Shown: positions 1 to 12,419 of the stretch, piece by piece
Layout: each line of letters starts with the position of its first letter
Numbering within the stretch: the first letter of the stretch is position 1
NCBI RefSeq assembly: GCF_009834535.1
Contig: NC_045696.1
Location: 91,824,001 to 91,888,000 of the forward strand
Source: Camelus ferus
Taxonomy: Eukaryota
DNA length: 64,000 nucleotides
Direction of reading: 5' to 3'
Made by a program: the position numbers and the translations under genes
The notes under the pieces: generated by a model
The model's input: only the letters and a program-made list of their open reading frames with translations
Databases searched by the model: none
What the model was told of the DNA's origin: nothing

Positions 1-375
1 TTGAGAGTTTTTAAAAAGTAGATTCTAGATACTAGACTTTTCTCAGATTTGTGCTTTGCAAATACTTGCCTTTCCATCCTCTTAACAGGGTCTTTCACAG
101 AGCAAAAGTTCTTAATTTTGCTGAGATCCAACTTATTAATTTTTCCTTTTATGAGTTCAAGTCTAAGAACCTAGGTTACAAAGATTTTCTTTTTCTCTAT
201 AATTTTAATAATTTTGTGTTTTACATTTAAGTTTATGATCCATTTTGAGGTAATTTTCGTGTAAGGTATGAGGTTTGGATCAAAGTTTTAGATTTCCAGC
301 ACCACTTGTTGAAAAGGCGAGGCTATTCTTCCTCTATTGAATTGCTTGTGCACACTTGTCAAAAACCAGTTGGGC
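1..375 (-). mobile_element. Old L1 ORF2 3' fragment (resumes briefly after 545)
   Basis: Antisense L1 ORF2 motifs such as GATCCATTTTGAG and CCAGCACCACTTGTTGAAAAG; degraded. Confidence 0.8.
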
Positions 376-544
376 TGTATAAAACAAACAAGCTACAAGG
401 ATATGTTGTACAAACAGGGAATATACCCAATATTTTATAATAACTATAAATGAAATATAACCTTTAAATATTGTGAATCACTATGTTGTACACCTGAAAC
501 TTAAATAACATTATACATAAGCTATACCTCAATTAAAAAAAAAA
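376..544 (+). mobile_element. Short 5'-truncated L1 3' end nested in older L1
   Basis: L1 3'UTR motif ending in A-tail; target-site duplication CAGTTGGGC at 367-375 and 545-553. Confidence 0.85.
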
Positions 545-585
545 CAGTTGGGCATATTTGTGTAGGTCTAAATAAATGGCTATAT

Positions 586-1270
586 TTTTTAATTTTTAAA
601 ATTTAATTGAGAAATAAGACATACATCACTGCATAAGTTTAAGGTGTACAACATGATGGTTTAATTTACATATATTGTGAAATTAATTTTCCACACAAGG
701 TTTAGGTAACATTCATCATCTTATATACACAATAAAAAGAAAAAAATTTTCTACATGTGCTGAGAACTCTTAGGATCTATGCTCTTAACAACTTTCCCTT
801 ATATCATACAGCAATGTTAACTATGGTTATCATGTTATATACCTAGTTCTTATTTATCTTAAAATTGGAAGTTTGAACATTTTGACGACCTCCCTCCAAT
901 TCTCCCCTCCCCACCTCCCCACCTCTGATAACCACAAATCCGATCTCTTTATGAGTTTGATGTATAGTTTTTTGTTTGTTTGTTTTTTGTTTTTCTAGGT
1001 TTCACATATAAGTGAGATCATATGATATTTGTCTTTCTTTGACTTCTTTCACTTAGCAAATGCCTTCATGTTGTCCCAAATTATAGGATTTCAGTTTTTA
1101 TAGCTAAATAATATTCCATTTTATATATACATCACAATTTCTTTATCCAATTCATCCGTCAGTGGACACTTAGGTTGTTTCCATATCTTGGCTATTGTAA
1201 ATCATGCCACTGTGAACATGGGGGTGCAGACATAGTTAGTTTTGAGCTAGTGTTTTCATTTCCTTTGGAG
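586..1270 (-). mobile_element. L1 3' end (L1MA-like)
   Basis: Antisense L1 3'UTR and ORF2 end (CATATAAGTGAGATCATA, GGACACTTAGGTTGTTTCCAT). Confidence 0.85.
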
Positions 1271-1487
1271 AATATATAATTTTTTAAACTATTGGTGAAG
1301 AGCATTAATTTTGTTCCCTTATTTAGGAGAAGAGCTACAAGTCCACCAAATGAACACTTCTGCAGGATAAATGAAAATCTAATACAACAGAAGGAATGTG
1401 GACTTCAGAATAAAAAAAGAATAATTTTAGTTACAACCCTCTCCTCTGACAACTCCTCCTCCTCCCCACCAACACTGATGAGATAAC

Positions 1488-1497
1488 TGACCAATCC
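1488..1497 (+). promoter_or_regulatory. Candidate CCAAT/NF-Y box upstream of the cTAGE-like ORF
   Basis: TGACCAATCC with CCAAT at 1491-1495, about 115 bp before ATG 1610; motif match only. Confidence 0.3.
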
Positions 1498-1609
1498 AGG
1501 ATGTCAGTTGCTGGTTGGGTTCCAGGTGGAATGTTGGGGTGTTCCCTGGGGCTTGTTGTGGCTGGTGGATCCACGGTAACTGGGCAGAGCCCTGTGGTGG
1601 ATCAGTGCC

Positions 1610-2239
1610 ATGGAGGGGCTGCTGTCCTCTGTGGAGCTTGGTTTTCGGCTGATCCTTAGGAAGCCGAGTGCGGTCCTGGTTTGGCTGCTGTCCAGTGGCC
1701 TGTGTTCTCAGTTCATGTTCCAGAGCCTCCAGTGGGAGACAGTGTTGAGTCTGCCTGTCCTCAGCTTATTGGTGGGTGTCTTATTTACCTTCAGACTTAT
1801 TCAGTCTGTTAGAAGTCAACTGAATGGAAGACATGAAAAGCAGCTGGCAGAAACACTCACTGCACAGATTGAGGAGAAATGTCACTTCATCGACAAGCTT
1901 TGTGTGGCTAAAAAGGAGTATGTCAGGATGGAGACAACTTTAAAGAATGCCAGGCTAGAGAAGAAGCCAGTACATATACCCAGCCTCGCTGATACTTACA
2001 GAAAGTTGATGACAGTTAACCTGAGCTCGAGGAAGGAAATCAATTTTCTCATCCAAGAACTGAAGAAAGAGAGATCCCTGCAGTCTATGTAAGAAGAGAT
2101 GGCGGAGATGCTAAAAGTGCTCAAGATCCTGGAAGAGGTCATGAGAATCAGGACTCCACAAGGAGCTTTTACAACCCAGCCAGGAGGCCAAGCACCAAGT
2201 CCTGATGGTCCGTTTCCTAGGAGTGGGCCCTCATATTAA
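1610..2239 (+). pseudogene. Intronless cTAGE5/MIA2 (cTAGE family)-like retrocopy; 160-aa ORF to TAA 2090-2092, same frame continues to TAA 2237-2239
   Basis: gccATGg Kozak. Translation WETVLSLPVLSLLVGVLFTFRLIQSVRSQLNGRHEKQLAETLTAQIEEK...KKEY...ELKKERS resembles the remembered cTAGE5 N-terminus ([49 protein letters not shown]...ELKEEKSKHSEQDELMAD). Similarity continues past the stop (EEMAEMLKVLKILEE). No introns. Confidence 0.85.
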
Positions 2240-2907
2240 AGCTGTGATGTTCTCTCCTCTCCACCCAGGCCTCACAAACAGCCAGGCTACATTCACTCAT
2301 TTAGTCAGATCTTCATCTGAGCTGCACTGAGGCCAGTGAATGGAGGGCAATCCCTTCCTTTGGACCAGAGTTCCTCCAACTTTACAAGTGAGCACGGCAG
2401 TGAATTCCTTCACGGGCAACATCTCTCATCTAAAATATATTGGAATTCCCAGAACACACCACGAAGCATGGGACTTTTTCTATATTCAGCAAATGTTTGG
2501 AAGATCTCTTATTAGTTGTGAAAGAAATAGATAATTGAGACTGATCTTCTACTTAGTTTGAATCTATATAATAGCCTCATTTCTCAAGACAGTTTGGGTA
2601 ACTATCATATATCAGCAATGTAAGTGAAGTATATATATAGTTATTCTGTATACAAATACTGCATTATAACTTGAAAATGTATTTAATTTGTCAATATAAA
2701 CTTCTAGATGGCCACAGCATTTATTTCTAGAGTTTAATTCTGAAGTCATAAGTTTAAGTCAAAGAGCCTTTTTTTATGTGGGTATGTATATTTTAAAAAA
2801 AATAGATGAACTTCTTTAAGATGAAGTTAAATTGTACCCTTGGAATAAACTTTTATCATTTAAGTTTTATATTTTGCTATAGCAACATCCATATTAAAAA
2901 TAAATTT

Positions 2908-3420
2908 GATAAAGAAGATGTGGTATATTTATACAGTGGAATACTATTCAGCCATAAAAACCAACAACATAACGCCATTTGCAGCAACATGGATGTTCCT
3001 GGAGAATGTCATCCTAAGTGAAGTAAGCCAGAAAGACAAAGAAAAATACCATAAGAGATTGCTCATATGTGGAATCTAAAAAAACAAACAAAACAAAACA
3101 TAAATACAAAACAGAAACAGACTCATAGACATAGAATACAAACTTGTGGTTGCCAAGGGGGCAGGGGTGGGAGGGGACAGACTGGGATTTCAAAATGTAG
3201 AATAGATGGACGAGATCATACTGTATAGCACAGTGAACTATATACAAGATCTTATGGTAGCTCACGGAGAAGAAAATGTGACAATGAATATATATGTATG
3301 TTCATGTATGACTGAAAAATTGTGCTCTACACTGGAATTTGACACAGCATTGTAAAATGATTATAACTCAATAAAACAAGTTTTAAAAAATTTAAAAAAA
3401 TTAAAAAAGAATAAAATAAT
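2908..3420 (+). mobile_element. Young lineage-specific L1 3' end
   Basis: ORF2 C-terminal end, 3'UTR and A-rich tail; closely similar to the 3' end of the L1 at 30770-33149. Confidence 0.9.
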
Positions 3421-3429
3421 ATCAGTTAA

Positions 3430-3580
3430 CATATTTTGGTTCCTTACTGTGATAGGCACATTGTGGAGTGTGTATGTGTATGTGTGCGTGGGCACGCATT
3501 TTACGGATAAGGACACTGAAGCGCAGAGATTTTGTAGAGTCATTATGTGAACTTTGGTTCTCTGGTTCAGGAGCCTTGTT
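3430..3580 (-). mobile_element. MIR fragment
   Basis: Antisense MIR core-like CATTTTACGGATAAGGACACTGAAGCGCAGAGA. Confidence 0.55.
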
Positions 3581-4007
3581 CTTAGGATTCCAATGTACCT
3601 TTAAATATTTAAGAATTAAAATCCACAACACAAAAAAGGCCAGTATAGGCTGGCACTGACATACTGGCTACGTGGCCCTCTTCTAGGCCTGATGGTCAGG
3701 CCTGTAAAAGGGCAAAGACACCAAGGATCCTGCATTCCCTCCTGACTCTTCCTGATTTCTTCCACAAGTTCTAATTATTACATTTGACTACAGTTGGTTT
3801 AATAAACTTAAGTAAAAGCTTAATTAAATGGTTAAGACAACAAACTAGAAATAATAGTAACAAAATTTAAAGGGTGACTGCTGAAATTGTTTTTCATGTA
3901 TAATTGACAACAAGCCCTTATAATTTTTATAAATAGAAAATAAATCAAAATAAAATTATAACATTTTAAGTTTTTAAAAGTATAAAAAGTTCTATTCACT
4001 ATTTATA

Positions 4008-4238
4008 CCAGCATTGTCTAACAGAAATATAATGCAAGCCACATATATACATTAAAAAATTTTAGTAGCCATGTTAAAAATGTAAAAAAAAAAAAAAAGC
4101 ATGTTAAATTAATTTTCACATTGTGTTTTATTTAACTCTACATAGCCAAAATTACTGTCATTTCAACCAAAGGCTACAGCCACATTCAAAGTGCTCAATA
4201 GCTATGTATGGTTGGTGGCTACAATACTGGACAATGTG
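4008..4238. mobile_element. hAT-Charlie MITE (MER33-like), internally deleted
   Basis: Terminal inverted repeats CCAGCATTGTC...GACAATGTGG; internal AGCCACATTCAAAGTGCTCAATAGC motif. Confidence 0.75.
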
Positions 4239-4869
4239 GGTCTACACACTTCCTAGGCTCTTGGTCATCTTTTTGTGTAGGTGTGATAGTTGCTCAAGCT
4301 TTACAAAAATTAACCTTCAACAGCATTACACCCTATTTTCTCTGAATCTAAATTTAGGATAAAGATTATTCACTTAAAATTCTATATTGTGAAATTGGCA
4401 TGTTTATATATTTACGAGAACTGCTGCTAAATTTAAAGTGTGTTCTTGATCAAAGAGAATATAAAAAGGAAAGCATCAGCATATTTGCAGTTTTGTATAT
4501 ACTTGTACATGTTTGTATGTCTATGCCCTGAGGCTTTGGTTGCACCGATAATACTGAGTAAGGAGAAAGTTTTTTTAAAGGAGGGAAAAGCCCTTACAAT
4601 AATATAGCTTCAGTTTCACACGCCCCATCTGTTAGGTTCACTAAGCTCTTGCTTGGAAACTGAATATACTGTTTTCGTGTATGTATTTCCATCTCTGAGC
4701 TTCTGCAGTGATCACTGTGTAACTTCTAAGCCCTCCCACTTCTGATGTAAAAGTGATATGATTTACTATAATGGTAAATGTCAAAGTTAAGGGTTGAAAA
4801 CTACTCCCATTTTCTCATGTTAGATAAAATGTAAAATGTAATATTACTTGTAAATAAAAAGCAAAATGG

Positions 4870-5260
4870 GCATACACTTTGATGCTTCAATTCTGCTTTT
4901 AGGAATTAACTATGCTAAAGAAAAAATGGGACAAGATCATAGAGATTCATGAGTAAAGAAGTTCACTGAAGCCTTACTTATAAAAGCAAAAAACTATGAT
5001 CAAAATGTCCATGAATAGAAAATCAGTTAAATAAGTTAAGATACATTCCTATAATGAGATACTACGTCAACACAGTTTACATTGTTATTTGGTATGACTG
5101 TGTATTTCCATGGCATATTATACAGAAAATAAAGTTTAGAAAGCTCTACATCAAAATGTTAACAGCAGACATCTCTGTGTAATGAGACTGCAGATGGTGT
5201 TATCTTCTTCCCTTGCTCTTTTTCTGTACTTTCTGTTTTAACATTGAAGCTATTTTATGT
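4870..5260 (+). mobile_element. Ancient L1 (L1ME-like) 3' fragment
   Basis: Degraded L1 3' motifs (CAATTCTGCTTTTAGGAATT, AAAATGTCC, AAAATGTTAACAG). Confidence 0.55.
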
Positions 5261-5599
5261 TTATGGTCAGAAAAATCCTTAAAAGCATTTGAATTTGAGG
5301 GGAAAAAATAGGATTATCAAGTTTTGCATTTGCCTCCTTAAAGTTCAAGAAACAAGTCTCAAACTGGCTTTAAAAATTAGACTGAGAATTTTACAACTGA
5401 TAGTAACCCACAACTTCAGGAAGGTGTAACTCATAAACAAGGCCACTCCTCTCTCCTTACTACCTTTCTCCAGATATAGAATTGATATGTGAGTATTACC
5501 AAAGACATTTAGAAAATACTCAGAGGTTTTAAAAGGCACAGACGGACTACCAGTAATCTAGGTTAAAATTTGCATGTACTTTTATTTCAGTTTAAATTC

Positions 5600-5900
5600 C
5601 ACAATGTTCACTGAGCACCTACTACGTGACAGGCACAATTTTCTTAAAACACTAGAAATACAGCATTCAGCAAAGCTGTCAAAATTCCTGTCTTCCTGGA
5701 GATTATAGCCTAATAAGAGAAGTCTGGCAGTAAACACATAAATCAGTAAATGGGTAAGAATATTTCTGGCAGTGATAAATGTTATTAAACATGAAACAAA
5801 AATAGGATACAGAAGTGTAAGGGAAGACTACTTTAACTAGGGTGGCCAGGAAAGATCTCTCTGTTGACATCTGAACTAAGATCTAAGTCATAAGAAAGAG
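5600..5900 (-). mobile_element. L2 fragment
   Basis: CTGAGCACCTACTACGTGACAGGCAC matches an antisense L2 3' end; AGGGTGGCCAGGAAAGATCTCTCTG. Confidence 0.65.
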
Positions 5901-6399
5901 CAGCTACTTGTTCTGAGAGCCTCTTTGCAAGTCTCCCCTTCATGAACCTGAAGTGCTTTCCTCTGTCCCTATATCATATAGTCATGGCCACTGGACACAT
6001 TCAGTGAGAGTCAAGTGAGTAAAGTTTTCTGAGGGAGGAATAATACTCCTCCATGCAGAGAGGTTGTTAGTGCCTCTTTGCTTTTCTGTCTCTTTCTGTG
6101 ATTGTGACACACTGTAGTCTATGTGTTCCCTACGTGGTTAACCTAAACTAAAAGTCGTAAAGTGGACAATTAGTTTAAAAGATTTCCCCAAAGAAATCAT
6201 GGATTAGAGAAGATACTAATAATGCAAAATAAATGAAAACAAAAACTGGTAGAGCTGATGCTTCTCCTATTCTGATATGACTGAGTTCATTACTGACATA
6301 AGGTAAATATTCTATAGTAAGATGGGATAAGACATTCAAAAATGAAAAAATTATCGACGAGATGATTTGAAATGTGGACTAATATCCTCTATACATGGC

Positions 6400-6740
6400 C
6401 CATTAAAATGGCTAAAATTTAAAAGACTGACAATACTAGGTGTTAACAAGGATATGGAGCAATCAGAACTCTCACACATTGCGGGTAGGAATTTGAAAGG
6501 ATCAACCACTTTGGAAAACTATTGGGTAGTTTTTTTGTTTTTGTTTTTATTGAAGTGTAGTTGATTTATGGTGTTAGTTTCAGGTGTACAGCAAAGTGAT
6601 TCAGTTATACATATACATACAGCTTCTTAAAAAGTTAAATATATCCTACCATATGACCCAGCCATTCTACGCCTAGGTATTTACCAGAAAGAAACAAAAA
6701 CATATATTCATAAAAAGATGCATGTAAATGTTCAAATAAT
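6400..6740 (+). mobile_element. Old L1 ORF2-end fragment with nested antisense L1 3' terminus (about 6531-6620)
   Basis: CCACTTTGGAAAAC...CCATATGACCCAGCCATTC interrupted by a T-tail and TATTGAAGTGTAGTTGATTTA. Confidence 0.7.
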
Positions 6741-6811
6741 GAAAATGATGCATAAAAGAAGAGTATATTTATATGAAATTAAATTCCATAAAGTATATCT
6801 ATATTATTAAC

Positions 6812-7245
6812 TGCAGTGGACACTGTCAGTGCCCTGCCCATATCTCTTGAACCTTTCAATGCTCTTCTACTGACTTCTACCTCCTACTATTTGCATCTCT
6901 GTGCTAGAGGAATCTTTTCCCTGGAACTGCAGACAGCAGCACTCCCTACCACATGGCAGGCTAGAAGTGCCAAGGAATTTACACTGTCTGGGAGCAGCAC
7001 GTAGCCAATGACTCTTGGGAGTTGATGCCCAGCTCCCTCACTCCTTGAGTGAGGAATTCTGAGGCATGCATTTTAAACCATTTCTCAGAGTTCCTTCATG
7101 GGACTACGCTCCAGTTGCCCACTGTAATGGTACAACTGTTATTGGCTGCCTTTGTTTCCCTATATCTGGGCTGCTTTCACTTCCCAAATAAACTACCTGC
7201 ACTAATATCTTTGATTCAATGCCTGCTTCTGTGAGAACTAAGACA
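6812..7245 (+). mobile_element. Solo ERVL LTR (LTR16-like)
   Basis: TG...CA termini; CCCAAATAAACTACCTGCACT and CTAAGACA end; near-matching 5-bp TSD TTAAC/CTAAC. Confidence 0.75.
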
Positions 7246-7619
7246 CTAACATACATGTGATATTTTATTTATATTAATGTTGATCTCAAAAATACCACTG
7301 AATGAAAAAGCAAGTTCAATGTATGATATGGTATCACCTATGTAAAATTTAAAATTAATGTAAAAATAATAAATATAATTCATATATGCATAACATTACA
7401 GTATAAATAATATATTTGAAATATGATTTTTTCTTTTTTAAAAGGTAAAGTTTTAAAAGTTGTCAATTTTGCAGTTGAAAATATGGTTGTTATAATCATT
7501 TATAATTGTCTAAATTTAATTCTTAAAATTAAAATGATATTGTTATATATAAATGCACTTCTGAAGGCACATATTATGTAACAAAATTAGGAAGCTGAAG
7601 TTGTATGGTTAGAGTGATT

Positions 7620-10600
7620 TCTTTTTTCCAACATCTAACTATAAACATTTTTTAGTATATAGAAAAGTTGGAAGATTTGTACTATGAACTCATATATACC
7701 AGCTAGATTCTTCAATTGGCATTTTACTGTATTTGCTTTATCACACAGCCATTCATCTACCCATCTTACATTTTTATGCATTTCAGGATAAATCAATATA
7801 CTTGACTCCCTAAACATTTTAGCATGCACATTGTTAATTAGTGTTCAATATATATTTCTAATTTTTGAGTGAAATTTACCTACAAAGAAAAGCACAAATC
7901 TCAAATGTACAATTAGATGATTTTGAAAAATACATCCACTATGTAACCCAGATCCCTATCAAAATATTAAAATAGGGAGCACTACCATCACCACAGAAGG
8001 TACCCTTGTGCCTCTTTTCCAGTCAATCCTTCCTCCTCTGAGGTAAGTACAGTTCTGTTTTTTTTCCATGGTAGATCAGTTTTGCCTATTCTAGAACATC
8101 ATGTAAATGGAATCTTACAAAATATTTTATTTGTGTAAGGTTACTTTCAGACAGTGTAATATTTTTTGAGGTTTATCCAAGTTACTGCATTACTGTAGTT
8201 CATTCTATATTCCATTCTTTATTCAGTTCTGTGTTTTTTTTGACACTCCTTTCTAGTGATGTACTTCTGGGCTTTTACCAATTAAAGGCTACTTTGACTA
8301 AAGCTTGAATAAAGTTGGTGAATATTCTTATACAAGTATTTTTGCGGGCATATGTTTTCATTTGAAGGAGATGGTGAATTCCAAAGAGAAGAATTTCAGA
8401 CTCATCAGATAGATGTATCTTTAGTTTTATTTAAAAAAACTATCAGATCTTTTTTTGAAGTGGCTGTAGCATTTTATACTCTCACTAGTTTACATGAGGT
8501 TCCAGTTGCCTTCCTTTCTCACCAACATTTGATGTCGTCAGTCTTTTTCATTTGAGCTAATCTAGTGTACCAGTATCTCACTGTGGTTCTGATTTGCATT
8601 TCTCTTATGACTCATAATGTTGAGCACTTTCTCATCTCCTTATTGGCCATTTGTGTATCTTTCCTTGTAAAGTGTCTGTTCAAACCTTTTGGCCGTTTTT
8701 GATTAGATTGTTTGTCCTTCTAATATTGACTTAGAGGTCTTCTTTACATAACTTGGACAGCAGTCCTTGTGTCACAGATTTTTTTAGTATTTTCTGCCTG
8801 TGGCTTACCTAATCATTTTCTTAATAACATCTTTCGATGAACAGAAGTTTTTAATTTTGATGAAGTCTAAAGCATCAATTTTTGTTCTTTTGTAGTTCTT
8901 ACTTCTGTAAGAGAAACCTTCTTCTATTCGAGAAACCTTCATTTACTATCAATTCATGAAGATATCTTCCTGTTTCTTCTTTTATTATTTCAGCTTATAT
9001 ATTTAGCTCTGATTTATCTTGAATTAATTTTTATGTACAGTGTAATATAGGAGTTGAAGTATGTTTTCCTATATGGGTATTCAGTTGTTCCAGATCAATT
9101 TGTTGAAAGACTTCCTTTTTCCCATTGAATTTCTTTTGGTGCTTTGTCAAAAGTGAAATGATCGTATCAACAGGGGTCTATTTTGTTCCCTTGATCTTTT
9201 GTTGCTCTATAAGCCAGTATTACATTGATTTGATTACTGTGACTTTCTAATAAATCTCAGAGTCAGGTGATGCTAATTCTCCATTATTATTAGATTTTTA
9301 TATAGCTTTATAAATTTATTTCTTAGTGCTTGCTCTAGGAATTATACATCCTTAACTTCTTAGTCTACATAGAATGAAGATTGCACCATGTCACATAAAA
9401 TACAGAAATTGTGCAACCATATGGGTCTATTACCCCATCCCTCTGTCCTTTATGCTCTAGTTGTCATATGTTAAATCAACATAGTTTATAACACCCAAAA
9501 TATCATAATTCTTAATTTAAATGAGCATAGAAATGTTTTTAATTCAAATGAAAAAAAGAGTCTTTCATATTTACTGATATTTATCACCTATGGTACATTT
9601 TAATCCTTTCCTGGGGCTCTGTTCATTTTTTTTGATGTTTATCTCTTTTCTTCAAATTGAATAATATCTATTGATTTAACTTAAAGTTCATTGATTCTTT
9701 GATAATTGCAATACGCTATAAAAGTCTATCCATTAAATTTTTATTTCAGATACTGTATTTTTAAATTCTTGAATTTATAATTTTTAATTGTATCTTGCTG
9801 AGATTTTCTATCATTCCTTACTAGCTTATTTTCTTCTATGTCACTGAACATATTTAACAGCTGATTTGAAATCCTAGCCAGCTAATTATATCATCTGGTC
9901 CAATTCAGGGTTGGTCTCTATTGACCACCTACTCTTTTGAGTATGAGCCATTTTCCTGCTTCTTCCTAAATCAAGTAGTTTTGGACTGTAACCTGAACAC
10001 TGTGGCTGTTATGTTATGGAGACACTGGACTCTGTTATGTTCCTCTACCCTACTGATTTTTTTTTTTTTTTGGTATTGTTTGGTTTTAACAGGTAGTTAG
10101 CTTGGCTGAACCTAAATACTAAAAACTGTTTCCCCTAGGGTAGGTGGTAGGTAATATCACGCGCTTTAGCCATAGATGGGCTGCTTAGAGTGTTCCCTGT
10201 ACACATGTATTTCAGGGACAAGCTAGAGATTCAGGAAGACTTTACATGCAAAATTTGAGCTCTCCCTTTATTATTATCTCTTTTCTAGGATATGCTCTCT
10301 CTTCTCAAAGCTGGGTCTGCTTTGACCTCTGTCCTCCAGTCTTCAAGCCAAAAAGACTACAGATTTCTAGCAAAGTTTTAGCTTCCCTGCATGGAATAGA
10401 CTATATCCTGCCCTCAATCTAACAGCCTTAAAAAAAAACCCAAAACCAAACAAACAACAACAACAAAAATAACCCAAGGAATTCACCCAGCACTATTCTC
10501 TTCCTTCAATTAAAAAAAACTAGTATACTATTTTTAGATCAGTTTTAGGTTCACAGTAAAATTAAGCAGAAAGTACAGAGAACTCTCAGGTAATCCCTGC

Positions 10601-11090
10601 CCGCCATACATGCATAGTTTCCCCAACCACCAACATCCCGCACCAGAGTGGTAAGTTTGTTATAATAAATAAACCTACATTGATGCATTGTCACCCCTAT
10701 ATTCGATAGGTTTTTACAAATGTATAAACACATGTACCCACTATTACAGTATCATACAAAAGTAGTTACACTGCCCTGAAATCCTCCATGCTCTAACTAT
10801 TCATCCTTCTTGCCTACCCTGACAACCACTGATCTCTTACTGTTTCCATAGTTTCACTTTTCCAGAATGTCACATAGTTGGAATGGTCCAGTAAATAGAC
10901 TTTTCCAATTGGCTTTTTTAAAATTAGTAATATGCCTTCTTTTGATTTTTGACGTTCCCTCTATTATGTACTTGGTTTTGGTCACTCTCCAGTGTTTTTC
11001 GGTAGTTATTTTGTCCAGAATTTATAGTTGTTATCTGTAATCTGGGAAATCTTATCTAAGTAGAGCTACTCAGCCATTAACAGAAGAAAA
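7620..11090 (-). mobile_element. Compound old L1 block (L1MB/MC/MD-like fragments, nested 3' end about 10520-10940)
   Basis: Continuous antisense L1 3'UTR, ORF2 and 5' region motifs. Confidence 0.75.
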
Positions 11091-11362
11091 AGTTTTAAAA
11101 TACAAAATCTGTACATTTAACAGGAATAACCAGACTTCTGGCCACAGTTCAAGATAGATGTTTCAGAGCTTATCTTAGATCATGCCTATGATTATTGAAT
11201 TTCAGGGTTGAAACAGATCTTAATGGTCATCTAGTCTACCAACCAATAACAGGTTTAAAAATTAATCATAATTCCCATTACATAAAACAAAATATTATTT
11301 CATTATTTATGATGCACCATTTCCCAAAAAGGACAATTATGTTCTAAATATATGTAACAAAC

Positions 11363-11538
11363 CTGTCAAAGCCGTTTCACTTATGGATTTAATTTGTAGA
11401 AGAACTTCTCCTTTCAGTGAAGTCCAGTTTTGAAAATTATCATATACTTCATTTTTAATACTGGTTAGCTCTCTTTTAGTAAAAGTAAGTAATGAAAGAG
11501 TCTTATTCCAGAAATGTTTGTACTCCGTCAGTCTCTGA
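11363..11538 (-). CDS. LEKR1: LEKR1 internal coding exon, 176 bp: (S)QRLTEYKHFWNKTLSLLTFTKRELTSIKNEVYDNFQNWTSLKGEVLLQIKSISETALT
   Basis: Acceptor tttttctctactgttttacAG, donor GTttgt. Open frame in phase with exon 19122-19241. Peptide matches remembered human LEKR1 (SQRLSEYKYFWNKTLSLLTFTKRELTSIKNEVYDN...). Confidence 0.95.
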
Positions 11539-12199
11539 CTGTAAAACAGTAGAGAAAAATTAGGATTTTAAAAAATAGCAGCCATAGTAACACATATTTA
11601 TTTGAAAAAAAGGTTTTCTTTGAAAAATGCTTTTAGAGTAACCACCTAAACTACTGTTTAAATGGAGAAGTTTTGAAAGTGAAAGGAGGTGCAATCTGTA
11701 TTATGCTGAGATGACAGATATAAACTGGGGATACCCCAGGAAGACTGAGGTCACCCCAATTCATTCCATTGTGTTATCGTTTTTACTATAAAGTTATTAC
11801 TATAAAGATAGCTAACTATTTTCATACACATTTTTTCTTTTGATCTTTTAAAATTAATTTAACAGCAAGCATTTAGTGAAGAAAATTTGGTCAAAAGTTA
11901 CTTAGTCACAGAGCCTAAAAGAGAATCTCAGATTTCCAGACAGCATCTTCCTGTACCATGGCTCAACAGGCAGTGTAAAGCCTGCGGTAACAGTAAATAA
12001 AACCTTTTAAAATGACTGATCCAGTGCTTTCACTTCAAATGTCACAGCTTAAAGTAACCACATTTTTTTTTTGCCACCTCAATGACTTTTATTACTTCAG
12101 ATGTTCTGGCTATAATTTACTTAATAACCAAGCAAGATGCAGACACAGATCTGAGCATTATCAACAAAAAGATAATGACTGAGGCCATGGGAGATAATT

Positions 12200-12350
12200 T
12201 GTTTGGTTAATATTTGTCTCCCTGAGTAGACTAAGATCTATGATGCAGAGACTATATCTGTCTTGTTCATCACGGTCTCCCAAGACCTAGCACAGTATCC
12301 ACCACATAATATGTACTCAGCAAATACTGACAAATGAATGAATGAGTGAA
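12200..12350 (+). mobile_element. L2 3' end
   Basis: TGTCTTGTTCATC...CCTAGCACAGT...AAATGAATGAATGA terminus. Confidence 0.75.
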
Positions 12351-12419
12351 AAAACAGATCACTCATTGGTATGAAGTAAGAAGTACTAAGGATAAAATAC
12401 TGGACAATACTAATGTTTA

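Noticed and set aside
1292..1486. 64-aa ORF upstream of the cTAGE-like gene
   Set aside because: Non-ATG start, no homology, and ends in a stop before the cTAGE-like start
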